This document shows positions 10,186 to 20,424 of a DNA stretch of 64,000 nucleotides, in pieces. Numbering within the stretch: the first letter of the stretch is position 1; each line of letters starts with the position of its first letter. Under the pieces are notes generated by a model, which had not been told where the DNA came from, did not search any database, and saw only the letters and a list, made by a program, of their open reading frames with translations. The stretch covers positions 124,001 through 188,000 of the IMG/VR virus record IMGVR_UViG_3300010885_025649, one strand, 5' to 3'. A program made the position numbers and the translations under genes.

Positions 10186-10239
10186 GAATAAGAAACCGGC
10201 CTTTAAAATATACCATCTTGCGGTAGTATATCCGGGATC

Positions 10240-11331
10240 TTACCGTGTAACTCTTATGCCGAAGGCACTGAGTGTATACGGTATGGCTAATCCCTCTAAA
10301 CCTTTATAATACTTACCAATAAGAAACCATAAGATAGTAAAGCCGATAAATACATACGGAACATCCGTATAAAATATCGGTAATAAACTCCCAAATAAAT
10401 AAAAGTATTTGTTATTTATCGTGGGAATAAATGTAATTAAATATCCAATAATAGGGAAAGTAATAGTGATTAATCCAGCAGTAATAGCAATTAATAAGAA
10501 TATATTATTATTAAAGTTATCTGCATACTTTAAGAGTTCTGAGGTTAAGATTGAATAACCCCCGGTAATCTTTAAAGTGCTGAAGATAATACTTAAGGAA
10601 ATTATAAACCCGCGGATGAAAGCTTCTTCAGTAATATTCTTTTCCTGAGGCCGGAAGAGATCACTGTTTAAAGCTAACTGTACCGTAGGAATTAAAGTTC
10701 CTAAAGTAGAACCAATTACATTCTCTACTTTGAGATTATGTAAGTTGGCATTTAATAAAGTCGTAGGAGGTTTCTTATTACTGAATAATTGAGGATATAA
10801 TACTAACCCATTTAGTAATACCGTGATGGGAATCATGACATGACTATTACTCCAGAGACTGGTCTGTAATGTGAATGTCATGAGAAGTCCAATTGGAATT
10901 AACATTAAGGGATTCGTAGAAATTGGATGCTTAGGATCATACTTAGTGGCGGCTTGATAAATCATAGCGAATATGGCGAGTAAGGGTAAGATAATACCCG
11001 CGGATAAACTTAGCGCAAAGGGCATTAACATCCATGATGTTAAACATGCGCAAGTAATCCCGCCGCAATAACAACACACATATAAACTAATACCTCTAGA
11101 TTTAGCTAAAGGAATCCGATCAATTAATACAGACTTGTTATTAAGATTAACCGCAATAACATCTAAACTGGGTTGCCCCAAACCAATACTGATAAGATAC
11201 GCCAGGGTAAAATCAGTAGGCTGACTTACCAATAGCGGAGTAATAACCAAGAAGAAGACTGCTGTGGGAATCGGAATGATTGTTAAACCAATGGCGGTTA
11301 ACAATCCATAAATTACACCTGTTAGCATCAC
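10240..11331 (-). CDS. multi-pass membrane protein
   Basis: 363 aa with many hydrophobic segments. Confidence 0.8.
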   Translation of the reverse strand: MMLTGVIYGLLTAIGLTIIPIPTAVFFLVITPLLVSQPTDFTLAYLISIGLGQPSLDVIAVNLNNKSVLIDRIPLAKSRGISLYVCCYCGGITCACLTSWMLMPFALSLSAGIILPLLAIFAMIYQAATKYDPKHPISTNPLMLIPIGLLMTFTLQTSLWSNSHVMIPITVLLNGLVLYPQLFSNKKPPTTLLNANLHNLKVENVIGSTLGTLIPTVQLALNSDLFRPQEKNITEEAFIRGFIISLSIIFSTLKITGGYSILTSELLKYADNFNNNIFLLIAITAGLITITFPIIGYLITFIPTINNKYFYLFGSLLPIFYTDVPYVFIGFTILWFLIGKYYKGLEGLAIPYTLSAFGIRVTR

Positions 11332-11336
11332 AGACC

Positions 11337-11888
11337 TCAGTTTGTAGATGTGACGATGAACCGATTATTCCGAACATAACCTCCAATATAATCTCCGGAA
11401 TGGAGAATACCTACAGAGGCATCAGCATATAATTCTACACGTTTATGGTTAGTTAATATTACCTCATAGATATAAGCATTACCTTTTCTACTCATGGTTA
11501 GTATTTCGGCTAAGCGGAAAACTTCCCGGCGTAAGGGGGCAGTAGTCCGGATGTTGTCCCACGGTTTGCGAACACTTACAAAGGCATTTGCGGTTAACAA
11601 GCCTGTTGCAGTAATAGGAGTGTTCAGCAAATAGGAAGTATCATACGAGACTGAATCTATACTTAAGGTTATGGTAACCAAATCTTTGTTTATGCAGCTT
11701 AATAATCTGCGATTTGAAGTTATTTGAGTTTGTACTTGTACTACTGTGCAAGATACAGTAACAGGAGTATTACGGGCATTATATAAATCCGTACTACTAA
11801 TGTATTGTGCGTTATAGCCAACACTAGGAAGTTGACGAAGGGCCAACAAAAGAGCACACATAAACAATAACGTCATGATGCTTTTCAT
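11337..11888 (-). CDS. secreted/membrane-anchored beta-rich protein
   Basis: N-terminal hydrophobic signal followed by beta-strand-rich sequence. Confidence 0.7.
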   Translation of the reverse strand: MKSIMTLLFMCALLLALRQLPSVGYNAQYISSTDLYNARNTPVTVSCTVVQVQTQITSNRRLLSCINKDLVTITLSIDSVSYDTSYLLNTPITATGLLTANAFVSVRKPWDNIRTTAPLRREVFRLAEILTMSRKGNAYIYEVILTNHKRVELYADASVGILHSGDYIGGYVRNNRFIVTSTN

Positions 11889-11903
11889 TGGCCCCTCCGA
11901 GGT

Positions 11904-12401
11904 TTATGAACCGGTTGCCGCGCCTACAAGAGCTTTACCAACTTGAGCCATGCGGGTTAAGGCATAACCAATTAAGGAAAGACCTTTGGCTTCAGTCTCA
12001 CCTTTAGGCAGAAGCTCCGGCTGGTATTCCTCAATATGACTATCAATCGCTAAGGTTTCTAACCCCACGAATTGGTATAAGTCACTGGCCGGAAGACCTG
12101 TCTGAGCTTGCCCGGGTAAACGCTTTAGCGGGGAACGAACCATGGTATTGGCTTGAGCTTCAAACGCTACGGTTTGTAAACCATATTCGGAAATGCGTTT
12201 GAGGTCAGCGTACAATGGAGTCCCGACTTTAGCAGTGATGTTTACCTTCACTTGCTGGGCAGCGGGGATTTCCTGATCATCAATGAAGCGGGGTACCATA
12301 AGTACCGAATAGGCATCAGTGGTGATCGGGCCATTGGGGCTGTCGAAGGTGCCGTTTAGATGAGTTGGCACACTAATCGTGTTACCTTTGTAGCTCTTCA
12401 T
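11904..12401 (-). CDS. hypothetical protein
   Basis: 165-aa ORF with GGAGG RBS. Confidence 0.8.
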   Translation of the reverse strand: MKSYKGNTISVPTHLNGTFDSPNGPITTDAYSVLMVPRFIDDQEIPAAQQVKVNITAKVGTPLYADLKRISEYGLQTVAFEAQANTMVRSPLKRLPGQAQTGLPASDLYQFVGLETLAIDSHIEEYQPELLPKGETEAKGLSLIGYALTRMAQVGKALVGAATGS

Positions 12402-12403
12402 GC

Positions 12404-13033
12404 TTAGTTACCTCCGGTGGCGGCTGGGGTGGCCCAACGGTTAAAGCGTTTCTCAGAACGGGCTTCAGCATTGATGGCGCTAATTGTTGCGGATGCAGCA
12501 TCAACACCTTCACGCATTAACTGTTCTGCCCGATCTTTGCGGTTTACTCGGCGGGTATACGAAATTTCGCTTGCCCCGTCCGAGTTGGACTCCAAGGTTT
12601 GTGCGAAGGTCGCAATTTCTGGGTGTGCCGCAAGGAACGCTTCAAGCCCATTCTCAGGAGTGATCTCGGGTTGTTCCTTAGGACAGGTAATCTTGCCAAC
12701 TAGGTAAGTTAACCCGGTTACAGTTACCCGATCCTCATCCAAGACTTGGAGCTGAGTAGAGATTTCACAGTTCAGATAAACCGGACTGTAAATGCTTGCG
12801 AGTTTGCCTTCATCGACGTAAGCTTCAAGCAGCCGATAAGGAATGCCAACGGTCACTACACCTGTACCGGGAAGGCGACCTTCCAAGTTGGTGGGACATG
12901 TTGCATAGCGGCCAGCATTCCGGCGTTCACCGGGCCAACCAAAGATCCATCCACGCCGCGGGGCGCGGTTCTCGGCGCTAAATAAAGGATGATCAGGAAT
13001 GATCAGAGTCTTTTCAGCAGTTTGTGTAGCCAT
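12404..13033 (-). CDS. hypothetical protein
   Basis: 209-aa ORF with GAGG RBS. Confidence 0.8.
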   Translation of the reverse strand: MATQTAEKTLIIPDHPLFSAENRAPRRGWIFGWPGERRNAGRYATCPTNLEGRLPGTGVVTVGIPYRLLEAYVDEGKLASIYSPVYLNCEISTQLQVLDEDRVTVTGLTYLVGKITCPKEQPEITPENGLEAFLAAHPEIATFAQTLESNSDGASEISYTRRVNRKDRAEQLMREGVDAASATISAINAEARSEKRFNRWATPAATGGN

Positions 13034-13095
13034 GAGTTTCCTCGTGTTCGTAATCGTGATCGGATTGTAGAGCTAAGTAAAACTTAACCCAATTC

Positions 13096-13232
13096 GACCA
13101 CAAAGGATCGAGATCAGGATAAGGCAACTTAATTCAATTCGCCTACAAAGGATAAGGATGGGGATGGGGATGGGGATCTGATAGTTCTACCTCGACTACA
13201 AGGATAGGGATGGGGATAAAGGATAAGGATGA
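13096..13232. repeat. three CG(A/C)C(C/T)ACAA(A)GGAT units with GGGAT(G/A)/GGATAA tandem tracts
   Basis: Units at ~13096, ~13140 and ~13193; (GGGGAT)n tract near 13160-13176. Confidence 0.65.
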
Positions 13233-13299
13233 AAAATACTCTTGGCATTATAAATTTTCCTGCCATTATAAGTTCCTGGCAGAAATATATTCCTGTATT

Positions 13300-13336
13300 A
13301 AGAATAAAAGTAATGGGGATTTAAACCCCCACTACT
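13300..13336 (-). terminator. intrinsic terminator after the 1171-aa RNAP-like gene
   Basis: AGTAGTGGGG-GTTTAAAT-CCCCATTACT followed by TTTATTCTT on the minus strand. Confidence 0.7.
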
Positions 13337-13342
13337 TCTACT

Positions 13343-16300
13343 CTAAATCTTCTGTTCTAACTTGAGCAGCTTAGTCTCGTATACCCCCTCAATACAATCC
13401 CTATAAGTCCCAAATCGGGTCTTTAAGAACTTTATAAGGATTGAATCAGGGCTACACACAGCTAAGTACTCATCCAACCCCTGCTCCGGTCGGGTAGCTT
13501 CACCCCGTGTCATGCGCCGAATAAGCGCAGGTAACTTGGTGATCTCTTCGTCCGACCCGTTATCCTGCAGGATTTCTAGCGCCATGGGATTGGGTTCCGC
13601 TTTATTATCAGCAGCTTGCCAAACCATGGTGATAGCTCTACCTAATAAAACCCCAGCCGTTTCGAGTTCTGTGATTTCTATCCCAGCCTCAAGAATGGCT
13701 TCGGTTAAAGTGCTAGCTAACTCATCCGCATTTAACTTGCCCGCACCTAACCGCTCAAAGAGAACATTAGCTCTCTCCTTCTTGGCTGCAAAGCATGCTA
13801 ACCATAGATGCTCATACAGTAAGAAGGCTTTGGCGGCAACCTCTAGTAAGCCCCGGTGATTTATCGATAGGGCTAAAATCAAGAGATCGTGTGCAGCATT
13901 GTAAATGCGACCAATCCCGCGAGTATTAAAGTTTGCTTGGTTGGCTAACAAACTCTTATACCCATCATTGGTAATTACCAACGGCCCTGCATACAGGTAC
14001 TTCTTGCGAAGATTGATAGGCTTTAACCAACCAATCAAGTTCTTCACAGAAGCATAACTCAGGTACGTAATGCTCTGCATACCAAAGGGACTTTGGTGTA
14101 ACAGATCTTTAGTACGTTCATAGATTAACCGGAAGTTCTCCTGGGGATCAGCAGTTAACCGAAGCTTGTCAGTTAATAAGACGGGTATCAAGTTGCCTTG
14201 ATCTCCATCAAAGTCTGCTGCACTAACAATGGCTTCTAAAGGTGAGACATAAATCTCACTGATGCCCACCATTGTTGTGGTTTTGATCCGGAGTACTGTA
14301 GAGAAGATCAGCGGATACCGCCAAGCAATTACTGGTTGTCCTTCCTTGAACCCGGCCTTTGCAGCAAATGTAGGATGTACATAGGCCCAACCGGAAGGAA
14401 TCATGTCATGCCCACGGAAGACCCCGCTGCGGCCACTCTTAGCAGTATTGCAGACTGTCTTGAGAGTGTTGGGCTGAGCACACATATTCTCAATAGCCCA
14501 TTTAACTTCGCTAATTGCCTCCAAGATTAACGTCATTTCATCAGGGGTATATTGATCAAACCCCTTGGTAAGTAACCCGAATAAGTTGCACAAGCGAATG
14601 CTTAGTACATCTACGGGTAAAACTACCGCACCATTGCTGTCATACAAGGCGCATAAATGGAGTAACACAAAGGGGTCCAGGTAAATATAACCCTGAGGTA
14701 CTCCAACATAACACCCGTCCGGATAAAGCCGACTTAACTCCTCAATCAGATGACCCCAACGGTTAACCTTGCTAACAATCTGAGAGAGACAAGGTAATTC
14801 TTTAGGAACGCCATTCTCCATGACATCCCCATTGAATTTACTATTGGCTTCTCTCATGCGGTGTAAGCGGGATAACCCATTAACCTGACTGAGAGTAGTC
14901 CGAGTATACAATGCGTTAATCCCTGCGTGTTGTAACGCCAATGCATGTGAGGGAGTTAACCTGGAGTTATTCGTCCGGTTATCTACCAGAGGAATCTCTG
15001 GGGCCATAACCATAGAACACTCCAGACATTCAATGGATTGATACACCCGATTATCTACAACCTTATGGCCGGCTGCAGTGTAAAGCTTACCCATCTCCGG
15101 AATTACCTCAAAGGAGATGTCTAAGGGTTTAATGGTGTCATTCATCCATTTCAGATAGAACTCTTGATCTTCCGGTTTTAGAGTTCCATCCATGTTAAAG
15201 ACAGTAACCTTCTTCCAAGGACAAGCAGCTAGGGTTAAAAGAGAACCCTTCATGCATTCCATGGTGATAATGATCTGAGCTTGCGGATATGCATCCCAGA
15301 TATCCTGGAATTGGTACCGATGATCCTTACCCAATGGAAGGTCTGGAGTTAAAGAGGCCTTGAGGTTAGGCCCTCTAACTTTCATGTTCTTGATAGTCTT
15401 AGCCAGATAACCGCGGATAGTAACATCGCGGAACGACTCTGGACTAAGACTATTGGGTAGCGAAGAGTACTCCGTTACGTAGAAAGTGTGATCGTACGGA
15501 TTCGCATAACCAGCTACAATCTTCTGATTGGGATAATAACCCTTGATGGGTATACTATCCGGCGCTAACTTAGCTGGAACTGTGAAGCGTTCAACCACAG
15601 GATCCTGAGCTGTTATCCCCTTAAACCGTTCAGGATGATAATAGCTCTGACCCGAACCATTCGCCGCTACGGTAGCAAACACCACATGTTCAGCTTTAAA
15701 GCCTTCACAAACAGGAAGACTATAAGCCATCTCAAGGATATCTTTGGTAAAGATACCTAAAGCATTTGCTCCCTGATTTACAACCTGATACTTAAACTGC
15801 GGGTGCGTGGCAAAGACATAATATCCCTCGGGGAATTTCCCAATAGGATAATGCAGAAGGCTTGCCTTGGGATTCATTACGGGACATGCTGGGCCAACCA
15901 TCAGAAGTGAGCGGTTGCTAGCTTTCTCAGGTACAGAACCAGCACCAGGAATTGACACGTAGTTATACTGGGTGCTGGAAAGCTGAGACATTTGTGCCGC
16001 AATAATATCTGGACTACACTCTTGAAGATCCAAGTAAACAGGACTTTCAACAGCATAATCATCGCGGAATCCCATATGAGAAAAGCAAACCCGATAATCC
16101 CGAGCTAATTGACCAAGACCACCCACAACTCCATAAGTTACCACTTTAGGAGCAAAGAGGTGACCATTACCAATTGGATTCTTATGAACCAAATCAGCTT
16201 CACCTTGGTCATCAACTTCTACCTCAAGCACCTCCTCCTTGAATCCCCGCAGTACTGCTGCGAGAAATTTACTTCCGCTCAACGCGACATACCAAAGAAA

Positions 16301-16858
16301 TAACGCCTTCATACTGTTGAGGTTATAAACGTAGCCATTGATAACCCCGACTGGACAAAGGCGATCTAATGCCTTTGTGATTGATACGGGTTTACCGCTG
16401 TCACCTAAATACGTGACCTCTTTATCTATAGAACAGGTAAACAGATTTGCTCGCGAACTAACCTGTTTGAATCCTCGACCTCTATCTGTATAAAGATAAT
16501 TGCCAAGGATCTCAAAGTGTTCCGCAAAGATCTTGCTAAGGCTTCCATAGTTGTTAGCCTTCCAAGAGATAACCGTATAACCTTTACCTTGCAGATCCTT
16601 TTCTGCTAGAGCATACGCATTAAGGCCTTTAAACCCCAACTTCTCAGAAGTAAATTGGGGCAGCTTTCTAGCAAGCTTGCCTATTTTAGGATTCGGGGCA
16701 TACTGCGGGAATAACGCGTGGATGACTTTAACCGGTAAATGTGAGTCAAGTGTACAATACCTGACATCTTCACGACTGATAAACGCGGCACTTTCACTGT
16801 TAAGGTAAAAGTACAACGGCGGGGAACTGGTGATTGTAGCTCTAACGATCTCAGCCAT
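13343..16858 (-). CDS. single-subunit two-barrel RNA polymerase-like protein (RNAP-C, YonO-like)
   Basis: SAADFDGDQG (14201-14215) about 35 aa after WRYP; upstream KVRGPNLKASL resembles the second-barrel R..K motif. Confidence 0.8.
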   Translation of the reverse strand: MAEIVRATITSSPPLYFYLNSESAAFISREDVRYCTLDSHLPVKVIHALFPQYAPNPKIGKLARKLPQFTSEKLGFKGLNAYALAEKDLQGKGYTVISWKANNYGSLSKIFAEHFEILGNYLYTDRGRGFKQVSSRANLFTCSIDKEVTYLGDSGKPVSITKALDRLCPVGVINGYVYNLNSMKALFLWYVALSGSKFLAAVLRGFKEEVLEVEVDDQGEADLVHKNPIGNGHLFAPKVVTYGVVGGLGQLARDYRVCFSHMGFRDDYAVESPVYLDLQECSPDIIAAQMSQLSSTQYNYVSIPGAGSVPEKASNRSLLMVGPACPVMNPKASLLHYPIGKFPEGYYVFATHPQFKYQVVNQGANALGIFTKDILEMAYSLPVCEGFKAEHVVFATVAANGSGQSYYHPERFKGITAQDPVVERFTVPAKLAPDSIPIKGYYPNQKIVAGYANPYDHTFYVTEYSSLPNSLSPESFRDVTIRGYLAKTIKNMKVRGPNLKASLTPDLPLGKDHRYQFQDIWDAYPQAQIIITMECMKGSLLTLAACPWKKVTVFNMDGTLKPEDQEFYLKWMNDTIKPLDISFEVIPEMGKLYTAAGHKVVDNRVYQSIECLECSMVMAPEIPLVDNRTNNSRLTPSHALALQHAGINALYTRTTLSQVNGLSRLHRMREANSKFNGDVMENGVPKELPCLSQIVSKVNRWGHLIEELSRLYPDGCYVGVPQGYIYLDPFVLLHLCALYDSNGAVVLPVDVLSIRLCNLFGLLTKGFDQYTPDEMTLILEAISEVKWAIENMCAQPNTLKTVCNTAKSGRSGVFRGHDMIPSGWAYVHPTFAAKAGFKEGQPVIAWRYPLIFSTVLRIKTTTMVGISEIYVSPLEAIVSAADFDGDQGNLIPVLLTDKLRLTADPQENFRLIYERTKDLLHQSPFGMQSITYLSYASVKNLIGWLKPINLRKKYLYAGPLVITNDGYKSLLANQANFNTRGIGRIYNAAHDLLILALSINHRGLLEVAAKAFLLYEHLWLACFAAKKERANVLFERLGAGKLNADELASTLTEAILEAGIEITELETAGVLLGRAITMVWQAADNKAEPNPMALEILQDNGSDEEITKLPALIRRMTRGEATRPEQGLDEYLAVCSPDSILIKFLKTRFGTYRDCIEGVYETKLLKLEQKI

Positions 16859-16882
16859 GGCTCTCTCCTTACATCTTCAAGG

Positions 16883-17701
16883 TTAATCAGCGGACTGAAC
16901 TTCTTCCCCCTCTGCCGGTGACACTTCATCCAGATCTTCATCCAAATGGTCAAACATGTTAGCTACAGAGAAGAGGGTATTATCCCGCTTGGGAATTGCA
17001 ACCCCGCGCATTTGTACCGGAACATAATCCAAGGTCAGGGAGACTTTCCCATAGAGGAATTCCGTGATATAGGGAACAGATTGAGCAATCCCTAAGGAAT
17101 CTGAGATTTGTTTCCCTAATAACCCGCGGTTGCGGGACATGCTTCTGGCTCGCTGTGGTTCTCCAGTTCTAGGATCCTGCGTCAGCACGATATTAAACTG
17201 GATCTCCATAGTGCAAATCCCGACCTGTTTCCAGAAGTCTGAGTTGCGCAACAGATAGGCAAAGATTTGCTCTTGTTGTTGCGAGGTTACCTGAAGTTTG
17301 GGATTAGCTAACCGTAACCACAATTCTTCTGGTGCCTCAGATTCCAAGGTCATGAACGGAACGGAAATATTAAAGGAGGTATGTGCACCAGGATCTCCCT
17401 TAACACGCAACGGAACTTGTAACCCAATTTCCGTTTTATAGCTATTCCGATCCGATGGGGCAAAGAACGAAAACATGGAAGCACCATAAACGTTCTTTGG
17501 CACAGGCATTCTGCGATCAGGATCAAAGCGAAGAATACCCGCCTGTATTGTTTGGATACCCTTCTCATTCCGCGCCCCACCAAACTCAGTGGTAAAGATT
17601 TCCACTAGGGTTTCACGGGGAATTTCAGATAGCCGCTGAACTTGAACTTGCGGTGTTTGTTCCGGCTCATTCGCAGGTTGATAACCCCAATTCCATGCCA
17701 T
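16883..17701 (-). CDS. hypothetical protein, acidic C-terminus, co-operonic with RNAP-C
   Basis: 272-aa ORF with AGGAG RBS. Confidence 0.8.
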   Translation of the reverse strand: MAWNWGYQPANEPEQTPQVQVQRLSEIPRETLVEIFTTEFGGARNEKGIQTIQAGILRFDPDRRMPVPKNVYGASMFSFFAPSDRNSYKTEIGLQVPLRVKGDPGAHTSFNISVPFMTLESEAPEELWLRLANPKLQVTSQQQEQIFAYLLRNSDFWKQVGICTMEIQFNIVLTQDPRTGEPQRARSMSRNRGLLGKQISDSLGIAQSVPYITEFLYGKVSLTLDYVPVQMRGVAIPKRDNTLFSVANMFDHLDEDLDEVSPAEGEEVQSAD

Positions 17702-17756
17702 GACAATTCTCCTTTGAGTTGGTGAATAGGGGGAGGAGGCTCCCCCCAGCAGTTAA

Positions 17757-18323
17757 TTATTCCTGACCTGGGTTCTTATTTAGCAGGCTATTAAAGCCCT
17801 TGAGGATGTCCGACATGGTAAGCTGTTTAGGAACTTCCAGACGATACATGGCCTCAAATGCTTGCAAGTCTCCCGTAGCCAGAAACTGGCGAGCAGCAGG
17901 AACTAAATCGGTACCCCGAACTTGACCCAGCACATTAAGGAGTTCTGGAGTGATAATCACAACGGGACAAGGAACTTCGGAGTTCTGTCCTTTCATGCGC
18001 GCCTCAACCCGAGCCGGATCTTGTAACTGTAAATTAAGGTATTCACAGTACTCAGCAGGCTTGGTATTCAAAATCTCGAGCAGGTCAGCATCAGCCTCAA
18101 CAGCTTGCTGAAGCGTGTAAAAGTGTGTAGTCCACAGCTCCCGATATGCTCTGCGACGAGCATCAATAGTGGGGTAGTACTTGCTCCGAAGCTCTTGCTG
18201 AATGATGGCATCTAATAAACCAAGACCGCCCAATTGAGCATCTTGCGCCATCACGAATAAAACACCATTACGCAAACGCAGAGTGTTTATTTCCGCATTC
18301 AAAACCGGTAGATCATTAGACAC
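17757..18323 (-). CDS. hypothetical protein
   Basis: 188-aa ORF with AAGGAG RBS, GTG start. Confidence 0.8.
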   Translation of the reverse strand: MSNDLPVLNAEINTLRLRNGVLFVMAQDAQLGGLGLLDAIIQQELRSKYYPTIDARRRAYRELWTTHFYTLQQAVEADADLLEILNTKPAEYCEYLNLQLQDPARVEARMKGQNSEVPCPVVIITPELLNVLGQVRGTDLVPAARQFLATGDLQAFEAMYRLEVPKQLTMSDILKGFNSLLNKNPGQE

Positions 18324-18362
18324 AGTGGACTCCTTGTTTAGGTCGGACGGTAAACAGTTTAT

Positions 18363-18392
18363 ATTATACTGGTCTTATTCAGGACCAGTCAA
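18363..18392 (-). promoter_or_regulatory. sigma70-like promoter with palindromic spacer
   Basis: TTGACT-18 nt-TATAAT; spacer is the inverted repeat ACTGGTC-N8-GACCAGT. Confidence 0.7.
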
Positions 18393-18559
18393 ACAATTCG
18401 GGTACCTTAGAGAAGGAAGAAGGAACAGCCGGCGTTAGCTTAGATGTCCTCCCAACAGCCCCGCTTTCCTCCCCGTAGCCGCCTCGCATTTCCTTCCTGC
18501 CCAATCACATCAGATTAAATCTAACAGGCCTTGTAGGCTATTTTAGAAGGGGCGCCAGT

Positions 18560-19200
18560 TAACTAAGTTTAATTAGTTTTCATATGAATATTAAATCTAA
18601 GTATATTCACTGAGATAACTAAATCTAAGTATATTCACTGATTTAATTAGTTTTCATATTCTAATCTGATTTATAGAAGTTATAGTTTAGCCGCATTATA
18701 GAATTTGACCTCTAAGGCCTATTAAATTAGCATCAGGCATAATCACACCAGATTAGAGTTCAAGCTTCTTCTAGAGGATTCTAGAGGCCATACAGAGAAT
18801 ATCTGAATTAGTTGCTAATAGTTTACACACCGGCGCTAAATCTAGGCCACAGTTTTAAGCTGCTTAAATCTAATCTGATTTATAGAAGTTATAAAGAAGC
18901 CACAGTTTTAAGCTGCTTAAAGAAGTTATAGAAAGCGGCGGCTACAGCCTTAGAGGTTAAAGCGGCTGAAGTTCAGACTAGCGGCTAGGAATTTTTCACC
19001 GCCGGCTAAACCTGAATAATAAATAGAAGAAGAATTCTGTAATTCAGAAGAGGAAAAGGAAGAAGCGGCGTCAAAAACGCAGCGTATAAATACTCTTCTA
19101 GAGAACTCTCTAGTATATATAATGCGCGTACGCGCAAAAGCTCTACTAGAAAATATAATAAAAAGTTCTCTAAAAGAGAACTCTATAGTAAATATAAAAC
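18560..19200. repeat. non-coding AT-rich region with direct repeats (possible origin)
   Basis: AAATCTAAGTATATTCACTGA x2 (~18593, ~18622); TCTAATCTGATTTATAGAAGTTATA x2 (~18660, ~18869); GCCACAGTTTTAAGCTGCTTAAA x2 (~18846, ~18899). Confidence 0.65.
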
Positions 19201-19688
19201 AGCCGAAGGCTGAAAGGCAAGCTAGGACTGGCTTTCCGGGGACCTCATGAACACACAGAGACCCTAAGCCCAGTCTACTACAAGGGTAGAGAAGCGGTGG
19301 TTTTATTTCTACTTTAATTAATAAGATATTAATCTAGTAGCTAGAGAATACTCTAGGAAGAAACGCCTGTTACCAACTCGGGTTTCCTTTTTCTCTGCGC
19401 AATTAAATGCAATAAGTAATTTGACTTATAGAGAGCTACTAACTGGTCGAGGGTGGCCTAATTGTCATCTCGTCGCCTACTCCTTACTGAAGGGAGAATT
19501 TTTACCCTGAAACCTGTTGCATGCGTCCTGTAGCAGTATTGTTTCTTGTAGACGCATATAAGTTCAAAACTATATAATTGGGGACCCCAAGTTACACACT
19601 TTCGACCCTATGGGGGACCAGCATCGAGAACCTTATCTCACCCACAGCCACCATTCGTTCAACTTCTCGATTCCCGAACGGTAACCCT

Positions 19689-19718
19689 AACATAACATAC
19701 TTTTATGTGACTTGTCAA
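19689..19718 (-). promoter_or_regulatory. sigma70-like promoter pointing into the non-coding region
   Basis: TTGACA-18 nt-TATGTT with extended TG. Confidence 0.5.
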
Positions 19719-19869
19719 TACCTAAAGATTATATTCATCTCAGTAAATATACGTAGCCATTTAAAATGAGTTATAAGGTAGTTGATATAAGAGTTGGCAT
19801 GAAGATACCTCACACCGCCGAATAAAGGCCCGGAGGGCAAATACAGGGCGGTGGAGGTATCATCCAGGA

Positions 19870-20424
19870 TCAGAACGGAGCCGAAAAGAAACGGGAGAAC
19901 GCGCTTTGAGGATGAGGAGCCGGGGTAGGAGTATTATCCACAGCTTCTTCAATCATCGTATCCGCAGCATTCTTACGCTCCCAAGCATCTTTGGCCTGTT
20001 GATGCCAAGCGAGGAGGGTTTCAACCGTAAATGGGGTATCGGTTTCAGGATGATTAAACAGGTGAACCTGGGTAACCAATTGTTTGAACCCCCATTCATA
20101 ATTCAACCCACCACGATAAGTGGGTTGAAGAGGAATGGAACGCTCAAAAAGCGCGTTGAATTGAATGCGCTTTTCGTTATACCAACTGGCAACTTGTACT
20201 GAACGGACATCCGCAGCAGCAAGCTGATCAATCTTACCAGTAGTAACGCCTTCAACAAAGATCACTTTGTGACCAGTTTCCGGATCGATTTCAGCTTTGA
20301 ACTTATCCCAAGCTACGCGGCGAAGCGCATAGAACAGGGCTTTGTATTCATTGATGCCGGACTTCAGATCAGGAGCCACAGGAATCTTGGCAGCAGCGGT
20401 GAGAATGCGAAAGTCGAAAGTCAT
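19870..20424 (-). CDS. hypothetical protein
   Basis: 184 aa, GGAG RBS, strong codon bias. Confidence 0.85.
   Translation of the reverse strand: MTFDFRILTAAAKIPVAPDLKSGINEYKALFYALRRVAWDKFKAEIDPETGHKVIFVEGVTTGKIDQLAAADVRSVQVASWYNEKRIQFNALFERSIPLQPTYRGGLNYEWGFKQLVTQVHLFNHPETDTPFTVETLLAWHQQAKDAWERKNAADTMIEEAVDNTPTPAPHPQSAFSRFFSAPF

Noticed and set aside
10240-11331. Specific transporter assignment (e.g. TctA-like)
   Set aside because: Only hydrophobicity is evident; no diagnostic motif recognised
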